Assembly (NCBI GenBank): GCA_046536795.1
Contig: JAWDMB010000002.1
Location: forward strand, 178,165 to 242,164
Source: Candidatus Micrarchaeota archaeon
GTDB lineage: Archaea > Micrarchaeota > Micrarchaeia > Micrarchaeales > CABMGC01
Length of the DNA: 64,000 nt
Direction of reading: 5' to 3'
Below the pieces are notes generated by a model. That model saw only the letters and a program-made list of their open reading frames with translations. It made no database searches and was not told the origin of the DNA. Position 1 is the first letter of the stretch. Each line of letters begins with the position of its first letter. Made by a program: the position numbers and the translations under genes. Of this stretch, positions 46,122 through 54,802 are shown one piece after another.

Positions 46122-47378
46122 TTATATAGAGTCTATTTTATCATCTCCCTTCTCCTTATCTTTGTCGTTCTTTTCATCCTTTCTTTCAAGATCAGGAGAT
46201 TTACCAATAGAGAGTTTAACGCCACCATTTGGATCTCTAGTAATTGTTATATCTAAGTTATCGCTTCCAAGCATTCTTCTGAGCTCTTCATAAGTATATG
46301 AACCTATGTCTTTGCCTATTTCCTGCGTTTTGCCTTTGTTCTTAAGGATCTCAGCCCTCTTTTCCATAATTGCCTTTCTCTCTATTGTTGTGTATACTAT
46401 AGAAAGGCTAGGTTTCTCTGCATCGTATATATCTTCTATTCCAAGCTCTATAGGTTTGTAGCCCTCACTTTGATATACAAAAGGCAGTACTGCTTCAAAC
46501 TCATCCTTTAATCCTTCAACAATCTTTTTCACTGCATCGCTCCTTCCTGCAATTATAAAGTCATCGCTGTCAAGGAAGCCAACAAAAGCTTCACCATTAA
46601 CCTCTTTTACTTTATCTTGCAGCAATTGAGAAACAAGCCTTAGTATTGTTATTCCTGCGTTTGCACCAAATGTAATCGCAAAACCAGCAAGACCATTTAC
46701 CTTGATCCTTCCTATCTCATAATCGCTCTGCAACGCCTTTTCAACAGCTTCTGATATTTTGTCTTCATTAGGCAGATCTATAAGGGGATCAAATCTTTTG
46801 CCCTTTTTTCTTAAAAATATAGTAACCAAACTTCTAAGCTCCTCAGGATCAAAAGGCTTCTTTATATAATAATCTGCACCATACTTTATTCCTTTGAACC
46901 TATTACTTGTTGCATCCATTGCACTTACAATTATAACAACTATATCCTTCAAAGCAGGATCCCTTTTTATTGTTTTGCATATTTCCAAGCCATCCATGCC
47001 TGGAAGCATAAGATCTAGAATTACAAGATCGGGCTTGTCATTCCTTATCATCTCCATTGCTTCGTTGCCATCGTAAGCATTTCTTATTTCAAACCCTTTA
47101 CCAACAGAGAGAGTCATAAGCCTATTTATGTTCTTATCATCTTCTACAATTAGTATCTTCCTAAGCGGTGGTTCTTCTTGGAGTATATAATAGGTAAGTA
47201 TGCCGCCACTCTTCCTTGATGCAATTGCATTAATATTTTCAAGCTCTTTAAGCGCCTTGTTGAGCTCTTCTTCTGTAGCACCTTTGGAGCTTGCTATATT
47301 TGAAAGATCATTATAGGCTATTTGTTGCCTCTCGTTTATAATAGAGATAAGATCTGACTTAAGCTCATTAATGTCCAT
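46122..47378 (-). CDS. response regulator: winged-helix-like N-domain, REC domain, degenerate GGDEF-like domain
   Basis: The REC domain is KILIVEDD..DLVILDLMLPGMDG..K. The C-terminal part (DPLIDLPNE..RIKVNGLAGFAITFGANAG..VGFLDSDDFIIAG) follows the GGDEF fold pattern without the GG[DE]EF or metal-binding Asp residues. Confidence 0.7.
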   Translation of the reverse strand: MDINELKSDLISIINERQQIAYNDLSNIASSKGATEEELNKALKELENINAIASRKSGGILTYYILQEEPPLRKILIVEDDKNINRLMTLSVGKGFEIRNAYDGNEAMEMIRNDKPDLVILDLMLPGMDGLEICKTIKRDPALKDIVVIIVSAMDATSNRFKGIKYGADYYIKKPFDPEELRSLVTIFLRKKGKRFDPLIDLPNEDKISEAVEKALQSDYEIGRIKVNGLAGFAITFGANAGITILRLVSQLLQDKVKEVNGEAFVGFLDSDDFIIAGRSDAVKKIVEGLKDEFEAVLPFVYQSEGYKPIELGIEDIYDAEKPSLSIVYTTIERKAIMEKRAEILKNKGKTQEIGKDIGSYTYEELRRMLGSDNLDITITRDPNGGVKLSIGKSPDLERKDEKNDKDKEKGDDKIDSI

Positions 47379-47487
47379 ATGATCGCCTTTATTCTATGTA
47401 AAGTATAAAAATATATTATTCTTTTGCTTTGTTTCGCATATTTTAATTCAAAATTAAGAGTAGTTAAAGATAAACAAAAAAGCATAA

Positions 47488-48546
47488 ATGGATAAATTTA
47501 AATCTATATTCAATTTAATAATATTTGATTGTATGAACTCGACCTACAAAAAGGGAAAGAAAAGGAGCAACAAACTGTCAATAGCAATTGCTGTTATAAT
47601 AATTTTAGTTGCGCTGATTATATTTGCAACAATATACACGCAACCACATGTATATTACATTAATGCACCAACAAGCTTAGATTTGGCTTTGAATAGTAGC
47701 ATACTTTATAAGCTACCATCATCTACTGATACTTTTGTACTTTACCTTAAAAATTCAACAAACAACTCTGCTACATTATATATAACAAGAACCCCTGTCT
47801 TAGCTTATCCTGTGCTTGCAATATACCTAATCAAAGGCGGCTCTGCTAATATAAGCAGTGAGGAATCAAAAGTCGCAGACATGCACATCTTGCTATTATC
47901 ATCAAATTACAAAGGAGCTGAGCTTGAACTTACCCCTATAGATCCCAGTCTCGGCTTAAAGCCAAGTGGACTAAGCACAGTATTGCAGCCAACATCGTTT
48001 ATTGAAAGGATGCTTTATACCGGAAACGTTAGTATAATATCTACAACATCAACTACAACATCAACAAGTATTACAACCACAACAATAAATCAGTCTTCCA
48101 TAATACCAATGCAGCAGATTATGAGCTTTGTAAACACAACAGCACCTGGTATGTTAATGAACAGCTTCGCAGCACTTTATCAGAAAGACAGGGTATGCAA
48201 TGCAAGTGTTTACAATGCTACTTTCCAAACATTAGAGAATATGAAGGCAGAAGGTCCAAATTCATTTTATAATGTAAGCCCTTCTGTTCCAAGAAGCATT
48301 AATATAAATGTAACAAAAATAGCAAGCAATACATACCTTGTAACCTATATAGGTGTTACGCCTTCAAAAATCTATACAAGCGCTTTACTAAATTTGAAGG
48401 TTAGCTTAACTCCTACGCCCACTCTTCTTAATGTCTCTTTTGAAGGACCTTTCAAAAACATGAACCTTACTCAGGTAACAAAGATATATACATTCCAAAG
48501 CAGCATACAAAACTTCTGCGGAGCTTATATGCCTTATATACCATAG
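47488..48546 (+). CDS. secreted or membrane-anchored protein with Thr/Ser-rich linker
   Basis: Signal anchor KLSIAIAVIIILVALIIFATIY, a TTSTTTSTSITTTT stretch and many N-x-S/T sequons. The start may be the ATG at 47533. Confidence 0.45.
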   Translation: MDKFKSIFNLIIFDCMNSTYKKGKKRSNKLSIAIAVIIILVALIIFATIYTQPHVYYINAPTSLDLALNSSILYKLPSSTDTFVLYLKNSTNNSATLYITRTPVLAYPVLAIYLIKGGSANISSEESKVADMHILLLSSNYKGAELELTPIDPSLGLKPSGLSTVLQPTSFIERMLYTGNVSIISTTSTTTSTSITTTTINQSSIIPMQQIMSFVNTTAPGMLMNSFAALYQKDRVCNASVYNATFQTLENMKAEGPNSFYNVSPSVPRSININVTKIASNTYLVTYIGVTPSKIYTSALLNLKVSLTPTPTLLNVSFEGPFKNMNLTQVTKIYTFQSSIQNFCGAYMPYIP

Positions 48547-48548
48547 CT

Positions 48549-50783
48549 TTATGCTTCCTCCTTAGCTTGGGTGCTTTCCTTCTTTTTTCTTAAATCTATA
48601 GGAATTGTAAACCAGAAGGTACTGCCTTTTCCTAACTCTGAATTAACACCTATCCTGCCTTTATGTAGTGATATTATTTCCTTTGCTATTGATAGGCCTA
48701 GCCCTGTGCCCGCCCCTTCTTGCTTTGTAAGACCTTTTCTGGGCACTTGATAAAACTTTCTGAAAAGCTTCCTCTGGTCTTCTTTGCTTATACCTATGCC
48801 AGTATCACTCACCTCTACCCTAACATTCTTTCCTTTTCTATATATCTTTACAGTAATGCTTCCATGCTCTGTAAACTTTATCGCATTGCTTATCAAATTA
48901 ACAAATACTTGAATAAGCCTATTTGGGTCTGCTATTACTGCAGGCACATTATAATCTACATTCCATGAGAAGATAAGGCCTTTGTTTGCTGCAACCTCCT
49001 CTAGAGCCTTTATGCTCGGATTTTCTTCTAATTTTGCCAAATTCACCTCTTGCAGATCGAGCTTTATCTTACCAGATGAGAGCTTTGCAACATCTAGTAT
49101 TTGCTGTATAAGCTGCATGAGCCTTTCGCTCTCGTCAAGTATAATTTTAACATATTCTTTTTGCTCATTGTTAAGCTCTCCAAACTCACCATTTTCAAGC
49201 AGAGAGGAAAAGCCTTTTATGTTTGTTATCGGAGTTTTGAGATCATGTGATATGTTGTAAATAAACTGTGTCTTAAGATCGCTTTCACTCTTAAATCTCT
49301 CTTCATTTCTTTTTGAATCTGCGAGCGCCTCTTCTAACATTTCTATCCTTCTTTTTGTGAGGAGCTCCTTTCCCATTATAATATAGCCGGAAATATTTCC
49401 TCTTTCATCTACGATCCTGCTTATGGTTTGATATGCTGGCACTTCTTCGCCAGTTTTTGAAACAAGATTAGCAAATATGCTTCTTGCTACACCTTCTCCA
49501 CGTGCAATCTCCATAGCCTTTCTTATGCTATCCTTACCTTCGTTGCCATAAATTAATGATAGATCTTTGCCAACAAGATCCTCTAGCTTATAACCAAGAA
49601 GCTGCTCTGCGCTTTTGTTTACCTCTTTTATATAGCCCAACTCGTTTGTTACTATTATCATGTCGCTTGTGTTTTGTAGAAGCTCGTTGAAGTTTGAGCT
49701 CAGGCTCTGCACATATCTTTCTAGTTTATTGTCAGAGACCAAACCGAGATAGCCTTTCTCAGTAGCGATTAAGCTAAGCTTCACCTCATTAGATGCGTTG
49801 TTTCCAAGATTAAGCGTAAATTTGTCTGTAAAAGAGTCTTTCTGAAGCTGCGCATTTAGCTTATCTTTTTCGTTTACTAAGTTTATTAACTTTTGACCTA
49901 GCATAAGCCCCGCTTGTGGAAGAACTTTTTCTGCATTCTCGCTGAGCCATACAACCTTAGTATCCTTATCAAGTTCAAAGATAAATTCTAGGGAGCTAGT
50001 GTTTATTACATTTAACCTTTCTGCAAGCTTCTTCTTTTCGGTAATGTCTAAGAAGGCTACATGCATAAGCCTATTGCTTATCATATTTACAGAAACAAGA
50101 AACAACTTCCCATTTGATGAATTTACCTCTGCAGTTATTCCTCTACCAAGCGATGCAAGCATGTTGCCATCGATATTAAAGAATTCGCTTATGCTTCTAC
50201 CAATAAATTCTGGTGAACTCTTCGAAAATAGATTAAGCATACTTTTGTTTACCTTTACTATCTTCCCACTCGTCTCTACAAGCGCTTGCGGCACCATAGC
50301 CTCAAAAGAAGCATCAAAATATTTGGCTAGGCTTCTAGCTCTTTCTCTTTCTGACCTGCTTATTATTTGATGTGAAAAAATGTAAACACCGAGCGAGAGC
50401 GCATCCAAAATATCTTGGCTGAACCTCTCCTCGCTTTTAGAGAGCATTTTTAATACACCGACAGGCTTGCTATCGGCAGTTATGGGAAATATTGCAACGC
50501 TTTTGTAGCCAGAGTTATATAGATTTATTAGCTCTGGAAATGCTGAATAGCTGCTTAGCCTATTATCTATATAAACCTTCCCAGTGTTTATCACATACTC
50601 TTCAGAAGGCTCTAGACCTTCTCTATTTGGGCTTATTTCTTTTATCAATACTTCATCAAATCCAAAAATTTGCTTTACATTCTCTAAAAATTTCTCTGTA
50701 AGCTCTTTTTGTTCGGGCCATTTCTTGCCAAGTTCTACTGTATCGAATAAAAATTTAAGGACTGCAAGATTATCAAGCATCAA
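48549..50783 (-). CDS. sensor histidine kinase (GAF/PAS sensor domains, HisKA, HATPase_c)
   Basis: H-box ISHDLKTPITNI, N-box NLISNAIKFT, G-boxes DTGIGI and GTGLGLSIAKEI. Several PAS-like repeats lie upstream. Confidence 0.85.
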   Translation of the reverse strand: MMLDNLAVLKFLFDTVELGKKWPEQKELTEKFLENVKQIFGFDEVLIKEISPNREGLEPSEEYVINTGKVYIDNRLSSYSAFPELINLYNSGYKSVAIFPITADSKPVGVLKMLSKSEERFSQDILDALSLGVYIFSHQIISRSERERARSLAKYFDASFEAMVPQALVETSGKIVKVNKSMLNLFSKSSPEFIGRSISEFFNIDGNMLASLGRGITAEVNSSNGKLFLVSVNMISNRLMHVAFLDITEKKKLAERLNVINTSSLEFIFELDKDTKVVWLSENAEKVLPQAGLMLGQKLINLVNEKDKLNAQLQKDSFTDKFTLNLGNNASNEVKLSLIATEKGYLGLVSDNKLERYVQSLSSNFNELLQNTSDMIIVTNELGYIKEVNKSAEQLLGYKLEDLVGKDLSLIYGNEGKDSIRKAMEIARGEGVARSIFANLVSKTGEEVPAYQTISRIVDERGNISGYIIMGKELLTKRRIEMLEEALADSKRNEERFKSESDLKTQFIYNISHDLKTPITNIKGFSSLLENGEFGELNNEQKEYVKIILDESERLMQLIQQILDVAKLSSGKIKLDLQEVNLAKLEENPSIKALEEVAANKGLIFSWNVDYNVPAVIADPNRLIQVFVNLISNAIKFTEHGSITVKIYRKGKNVRVEVSDTGIGISKEDQRKLFRKFYQVPRKGLTKQEGAGTGLGLSIAKEIISLHKGRIGVNSELGKGSTFWFTIPIDLRKKKESTQAKEEA

Positions 50784-50845
50784 ATCAGCCTAGAATAATA
50801 ATATATTCTTAACATTATTTATAATTTTACTACAGAGCGGATTGT

Positions 50846-51505
50846 ATGGAAGTCAAAGAGATATTTGAAAACGTGTACAAATTAGATTCTAGACTAGCTA
50901 CGCTCAACTTAGTACCGGGAGATAGAGTATATGGGGAAGAGCTTGTTAAGGTTAATGAAAAAGAGTATAGAATGTGGAACCCTTATAGAAGCAAGCTTGC
51001 GGCAGCTATACTTAACGGCTTAAAAGAGATGCATATTAAAAAGGGCTCGCATGTTCTCTACCTTGGTGCTGCAAACGGCACAACATGCAGCCATGTAAGT
51101 GATATTATAGGAGATAATGGTGCTGTCTTTTGTGTTGAGATATCAGAAAGAAGTATGCGCGACCTGATAAAGGTGTGCGAGAAAAGAAGCAATATGCTTC
51201 CAATACTTAGTGATGCCAGGAATGTAGATACCTATGCACAAGAGGTTGGAAAGGTTGATATAATATATGAGGATGTTTCATCGAGAGATCAGGCTGAGAT
51301 ACTTTTAGCAAATGGAATTGCACTTAAGAAAGGCGGATTTGCATATGTGGCAATAAAATCGCAAAGCATAAGCAGTGCAAAGAAGCCAAGCGAGGTTTAC
51401 GAAGAATTTATAGATAAGGTTAGCAGCGAATTCAAACTTATAGAAAAGATAAAGCTTGAACCTTTTCACAAAAAGCATCTTTTCGCTGTTTTTGAAAAGA
51501 TGTGA
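50846..51505 (+). CDS. flpA: fibrillarin (rRNA/tRNA 2'-O-methyltransferase)
   Basis: VYGE..EYRMWNPYRSKLAAAI and the SAM motif VLYLGAANGTTCSHVSDI. Confidence 0.9.
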   Translation: MEVKEIFENVYKLDSRLATLNLVPGDRVYGEELVKVNEKEYRMWNPYRSKLAAAILNGLKEMHIKKGSHVLYLGAANGTTCSHVSDIIGDNGAVFCVEISERSMRDLIKVCEKRSNMLPILSDARNVDTYAQEVGKVDIIYEDVSSRDQAEILLANGIALKKGGFAYVAIKSQSISSAKKPSEVYEEFIDKVSSEFKLIEKIKLEPFHKKHLFAVFEKM

Positions 51506-51565
51506 AATCCCACCACTAAAGTGTGTAAAATAGAAATGTTTTTTAAAGCGAAGCAAAAAATAAAT

Positions 51566-51617
51566 ATCACCACTTTTATAAACAAAACTAAAGAAAATGA
51601 TATAAATAAGAAAAATC
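51566..51617 (+). repeat. about 52-nt intergenic repeat, copy A
   Basis: ATCACCACTTTTATAAACAAAACTAAAGAAAATGATATAAATAAGAAAAATC matches 54514-54566 with about 5 mismatches, in the same orientation. Confidence 0.7.
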
Positions 51618-51638
51618 AAACTTTTAATTGGTGGAAAA

Positions 51639-52085
51639 ATGCCTGAAAAAGTAAAGGTAAGTGTAGGAAATATAGAAGAAAACGATGTAAAACAGATCGC
51701 CGAAGCGATTGGCAAATTCTTAAATTATGAGGTAAATATAGAGAAGGGAAAGGAAGAATACAAACTATATTTGAAAGATCGTGCCGATCACGATGAGAAA
51801 GAGTATCTACTAGGATTCATACTTAGGGGGAATGGAACAACAGATCATTATACGATGCTTTTGCTCTTTGATGTATTTTTACCAGCATATATAATAAAAG
51901 GTGGACCGCTTTCGATTCAAGAATATAATAATATAAAACAAAAAATGCTTCCAAAGGAAGAAAAGAGTTCAATAGTAGAAGAAATGAAAAGATATCTTGA
52001 AAAGCAAAATCTTGAAATAACATTTTTAGAGTTTGGTAGGGTATCTGTTACCTTAGGCCTAAGGAAAAAAACCACCCCCCCTTAA
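51639..52085 (+). CDS. hypothetical protein
   Basis: 148-aa ORF with no motif. The last codons (..KKTTPP) overlap a G-rich run resembling the tnpB element's end. Confidence 0.4.
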   Translation: MPEKVKVSVGNIEENDVKQIAEAIGKFLNYEVNIEKGKEEYKLYLKDRADHDEKEYLLGFILRGNGTTDHYTMLLLFDVFLPAYIIKGGPLSIQEYNNIKQKMLPKEEKSSIVEEMKRYLEKQNLEITFLEFGRVSVTLGLRKKTTPP

Positions 52086-52188
52086 ACTAAGAATTAGAAT
52101 TGGTTGATATAATTGGCACAAATTGCTGTCTCGGCACTGAGATTCGTGCCTAAGATATTAGCCTCTGTATCCCAATATAGAATACTTG

Positions 52189-52242
52189 CTCGCTCTCGTC
52201 CCTATCTTTAGAAAAGGGAGCTTCTCGCGAGCAGAGTTAAAA
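52189..52242 (-). repeat. orphan copy of the tnpB-element left-end hairpin (copy 2)
   Basis: The reverse complement reads TTTTAACTCTGCTCGCgagaagcTCCCTtttctaaagatAGGGAcgagaGCGAG. The outer stem matches copy 1 and the inner stem has a compensatory C:G to T:A change. Confidence 0.6.
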
Positions 52243-52289
52243 TCGGTTTTCCTCACGTTTTATAAATTTATAATCTGGAATTATTAATC

Positions 52290-53075
52290 ATGCAAAACCA
52301 AACAGCACAACAAGCTTCTAAATACGCATGCCCCTATTGCGGAAATATATTTTATTCTTATCTTCAAAACGGCTCGATATGCCCATTCTGCAAACTATAT
52401 ACAGACAAAAGTGAGAATGAGCTTGCAGATGATCCACTCTTCAAGCAGTTAAACACTGCAAATAGCAATATAGCGCAAATTAAGTACTATGATCTGAGTA
52501 GTATAGAAAACAATGTAATTGCAAAGGGAGATCCTGCTTATATATATGCGCTTGCAGTCCTTTATATGAGAAACTCAGATATTAAGCATGGGGATAAAAA
52601 CTATTCGCTTGGAGGATTTATGGAAGATAATTCAAAAAATGAAGAGATATCGCACGCACTCTATGCAAAGGCAAAAGCACTATTGTATGATGTAATCTTT
52701 GCATGCAAGAAAAATGAATCTGTTAATCCTGAGCTTTATTATATAGAGTTTCTCTCAGAAATAAATTTGAATAGAATTTACTATGCTTACAAAGCCCTAG
52801 AGGAGCTACGTAAAAACGAAAAGAACCAGCATATTATTGAATATGCTGAGGCACTCTATGCGCTAAAGACAAACAGCAAAAATGCTATTGAACTTGCAAA
52901 TAAGCTCATCAACAGCGGTGAATCTGCAATTAGCTTTGAGCTCGCTGAATTTTATGCTAGAAACGGCAAACTAAAAGAAGCAAAAAAGGTACTTCAGCCC
53001 CTTGCAAGCAACTCGATAAGCATGCCAAGCTCAAAGTTCCTGCTCGACAAGGTAAATGAGCTTCTCAACCTTTAG
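52290..53075 (+). CDS. hypothetical protein with N-terminal zinc ribbon and helical-repeat body
   Basis: CPYCG..CPFC is followed by TPR/Sel1-like helices. No specific family recognised. Confidence 0.45.
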   Translation: MQNQTAQQASKYACPYCGNIFYSYLQNGSICPFCKLYTDKSENELADDPLFKQLNTANSNIAQIKYYDLSSIENNVIAKGDPAYIYALAVLYMRNSDIKHGDKNYSLGGFMEDNSKNEEISHALYAKAKALLYDVIFACKKNESVNPELYYIEFLSEINLNRIYYAYKALEELRKNEKNQHIIEYAEALYALKTNSKNAIELANKLINSGESAISFELAEFYARNGKLKEAKKVLQPLASNSISMPSSKFLLDKVNELLNL

Positions 53076-54513
53076 CTACCCCTATAGGAACATTCCTAGC
53101 CACTATTTTTGAAAGCCCGGCCCTTTCAACGACCTCTACAACCGAATCTACATTCTTATATGCCCATTCAGCTTCTTCACTTATAAGCTTCTTTGTTCTT
53201 ACTCTTACCTCTATATTCTTGCTCTCTAGCGAGCTGAATGTTTTCGATGCTGGTATCTCTCTTACAGCTTGGTGCCTTGACATTACCCTGCCTGAACCAT
53301 GGCATGTAGAGCCAAAGGTTTCATTCATCGCGCCATCAAGGCCTGCAAGAACGTAGCTAGCAGTACCCATGCTTCCAGGAATAAGCACAGGCTGTCCAAT
53401 AGATCTATACTTCTTTGGTATTTCTTCTCTGCCCTTAGCGAATGCCCTAGTGGCACCCTTCCTATGCACATACACCTTTACTTTCTTATTCTCAAATGTA
53501 TGCTCCTCAAGCTTTGCAATATTATGCGCTACATCATAAAGAATTTCCATGCCGAGAGCATCGGCGCTCTTATTAAATATTTCTTCAAAGCTCTTTCTTA
53601 TAGAATTGGTTATTATCTGCCTGTTCGCAAATGCATAGTTAACAGCGCAGCCCATAGCGTCTAAGTAATCATCAGCCTCTTTGCTTCCTATCTTTGCATA
53701 GCTTAGCTCTGGATCAACTATCTTTATGTTATTTTTTCTCTGATATTCAACAAGCACCTTTAGATAATCGCTACATATTTGATGCCCAAATCCTCTAGAA
53801 CCTGTGTGCACCATAACCACTATCTGACCTTCAAATAGGCCGTATTTATTTGCTCTCTCTTCATCAAATATCTTTTCTACCTTCTGCACCTCTAAGAAAT
53901 GATTCCCAGCGCCTAGCGTGCCGAGCTCGTTTATACCTCTTGATTTGGCCATGTTGCTTACTTTTGATAGATCTGCTCTTTGCATATGCCCGTTTTCCTC
54001 TATAGAATCTAAATCATCCTTAAAACCGAATCCCTTGCTTATCACATACTCTGCACCCTCTTCAGCTACCCTTTTAAGATCGGCGTTTGAAAAACCTAGA
54101 TTTATTTTACTTCCCACCCCACTCGGCACATTAACAAAAAGCTTGTCCATAAGCTGCTTAAGCTTAGGTCTTACCTCTTTCTCTGTAAGGTTTGTCTTTA
54201 TAAGTCTAACACCACAATTTATGTCAAAGCCTATCGCACCTGGCGAGATAATACCATTGTCTGCATCAAACGCAACCACGCCACCTACAGGAAAGCCGTA
54301 TCCTTCGTGCATATCAGGCATTAGCATTACATTGCCCACAATGCCCGGCAGAGTAGCTGCATTTAAAGCCTGCTGTATTGTCTTGTCTTTCTTTACTGTA
54401 TTGAGCATCTCGTCTTTAGAATAGAGCACCACATTTGTATTCATGCCACGGCTCTCGTCTTTCTCTATTACAAACTTTACATCGCTTATCTTTTTTAATT
54501 CGACATCAGCCAA
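53065..54513 (-). CDS. rtcB: RNA-splicing ligase RtcB
   Basis: 482 aa. PDMHEGYGFPVGGV, GFDINCGVR, GAGNHFLE, HTGSRGFGHQ and HGSGR motifs. TTG start with GGTGGTGAT upstream. Confidence 0.9.
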   Translation of the reverse strand: MADVELKKISDVKFVIEKDESRGMNTNVVLYSKDEMLNTVKKDKTIQQALNAATLPGIVGNVMLMPDMHEGYGFPVGGVVAFDADNGIISPGAIGFDINCGVRLIKTNLTEKEVRPKLKQLMDKLFVNVPSGVGSKINLGFSNADLKRVAEEGAEYVISKGFGFKDDLDSIEENGHMQRADLSKVSNMAKSRGINELGTLGAGNHFLEVQKVEKIFDEERANKYGLFEGQIVVMVHTGSRGFGHQICSDYLKVLVEYQRKNNIKIVDPELSYAKIGSKEADDYLDAMGCAVNYAFANRQIITNSIRKSFEEIFNKSADALGMEILYDVAHNIAKLEEHTFENKKVKVYVHRKGATRAFAKGREEIPKKYRSIGQPVLIPGSMGTASYVLAGLDGAMNETFGSTCHGSGRVMSRHQAVREIPASKTFSSLESKNIEVRVRTKKLISEEAEWAYKNVDSVVEVVERAGLSKIVARNVPIGVAKG

Positions 54514-54566
54514 ATCACCACCTTTATAAACAAAACTAAAGAAAATAATATAAATAAGGAAAACTA
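54514..54566 (+). repeat. about 52-nt intergenic repeat, copy B
   Basis: ATCACCACCTTTATAAACAAAACTAAAGAAAATAATATAAATAAGGAAAACT abuts the rtcB start codon. Confidence 0.7.
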
Positions 54567-54687
54567 ATTAAAAACTGATTTAAATTAGGTTTATTTGCGA
54601 TTTCCATTTAATTTATTATTTGGAGGCAAACAAATAAATATGAGAAACTTGAAGATTTTTATATAAATACTTAATAATTAATAATGC

Positions 54688-54785
54688 GCAGGGGTGGCGG
54701 AGTCTGGTCAAACGCGGTAGACTCAAGATCTACTGGCTTAGGCCTGCAGGAGTTCAATCTTCGTGAATAAATCTCCTCCCCTGCA
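54688..54785 (+). tRNA. tRNA-Leu(CAA) with a 13-nt insertion (non-canonical intron) in the T-loop
   Basis: Acceptor GCAGGGG/CCCCTGC, anticodon arm GTAGA-CTCAAGA-TCTAC, long variable arm (GGC-TTAG-GCC), and T stem AGGAG/CTCCT enclosing 20 nt instead of 7. Confidence 0.75.
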
Positions 54786-54802
54786 CATTAAAAGGTGATC
54801 AT

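Noticed and set aside
51566-51617. The intergenic repeat next to fibrillarin as a possible C/D box sRNA.
   Set aside because: The candidate boxes (AUGAUAU in copy A, AUAAUAU in copy B, with a distant CUGA) do not fit the RUGAUGA...CUGA spacing. The best C-box-like base is not conserved between the copies.
51305-51715. A 136-aa minus-strand ORF spanning the flpA 3' end and the intergenic repeat.
   Set aside because: It overlaps the well-supported fibrillarin gene. Its composition is implausible and it has no RBS. It is probably an artefact of AT-rich sequence.
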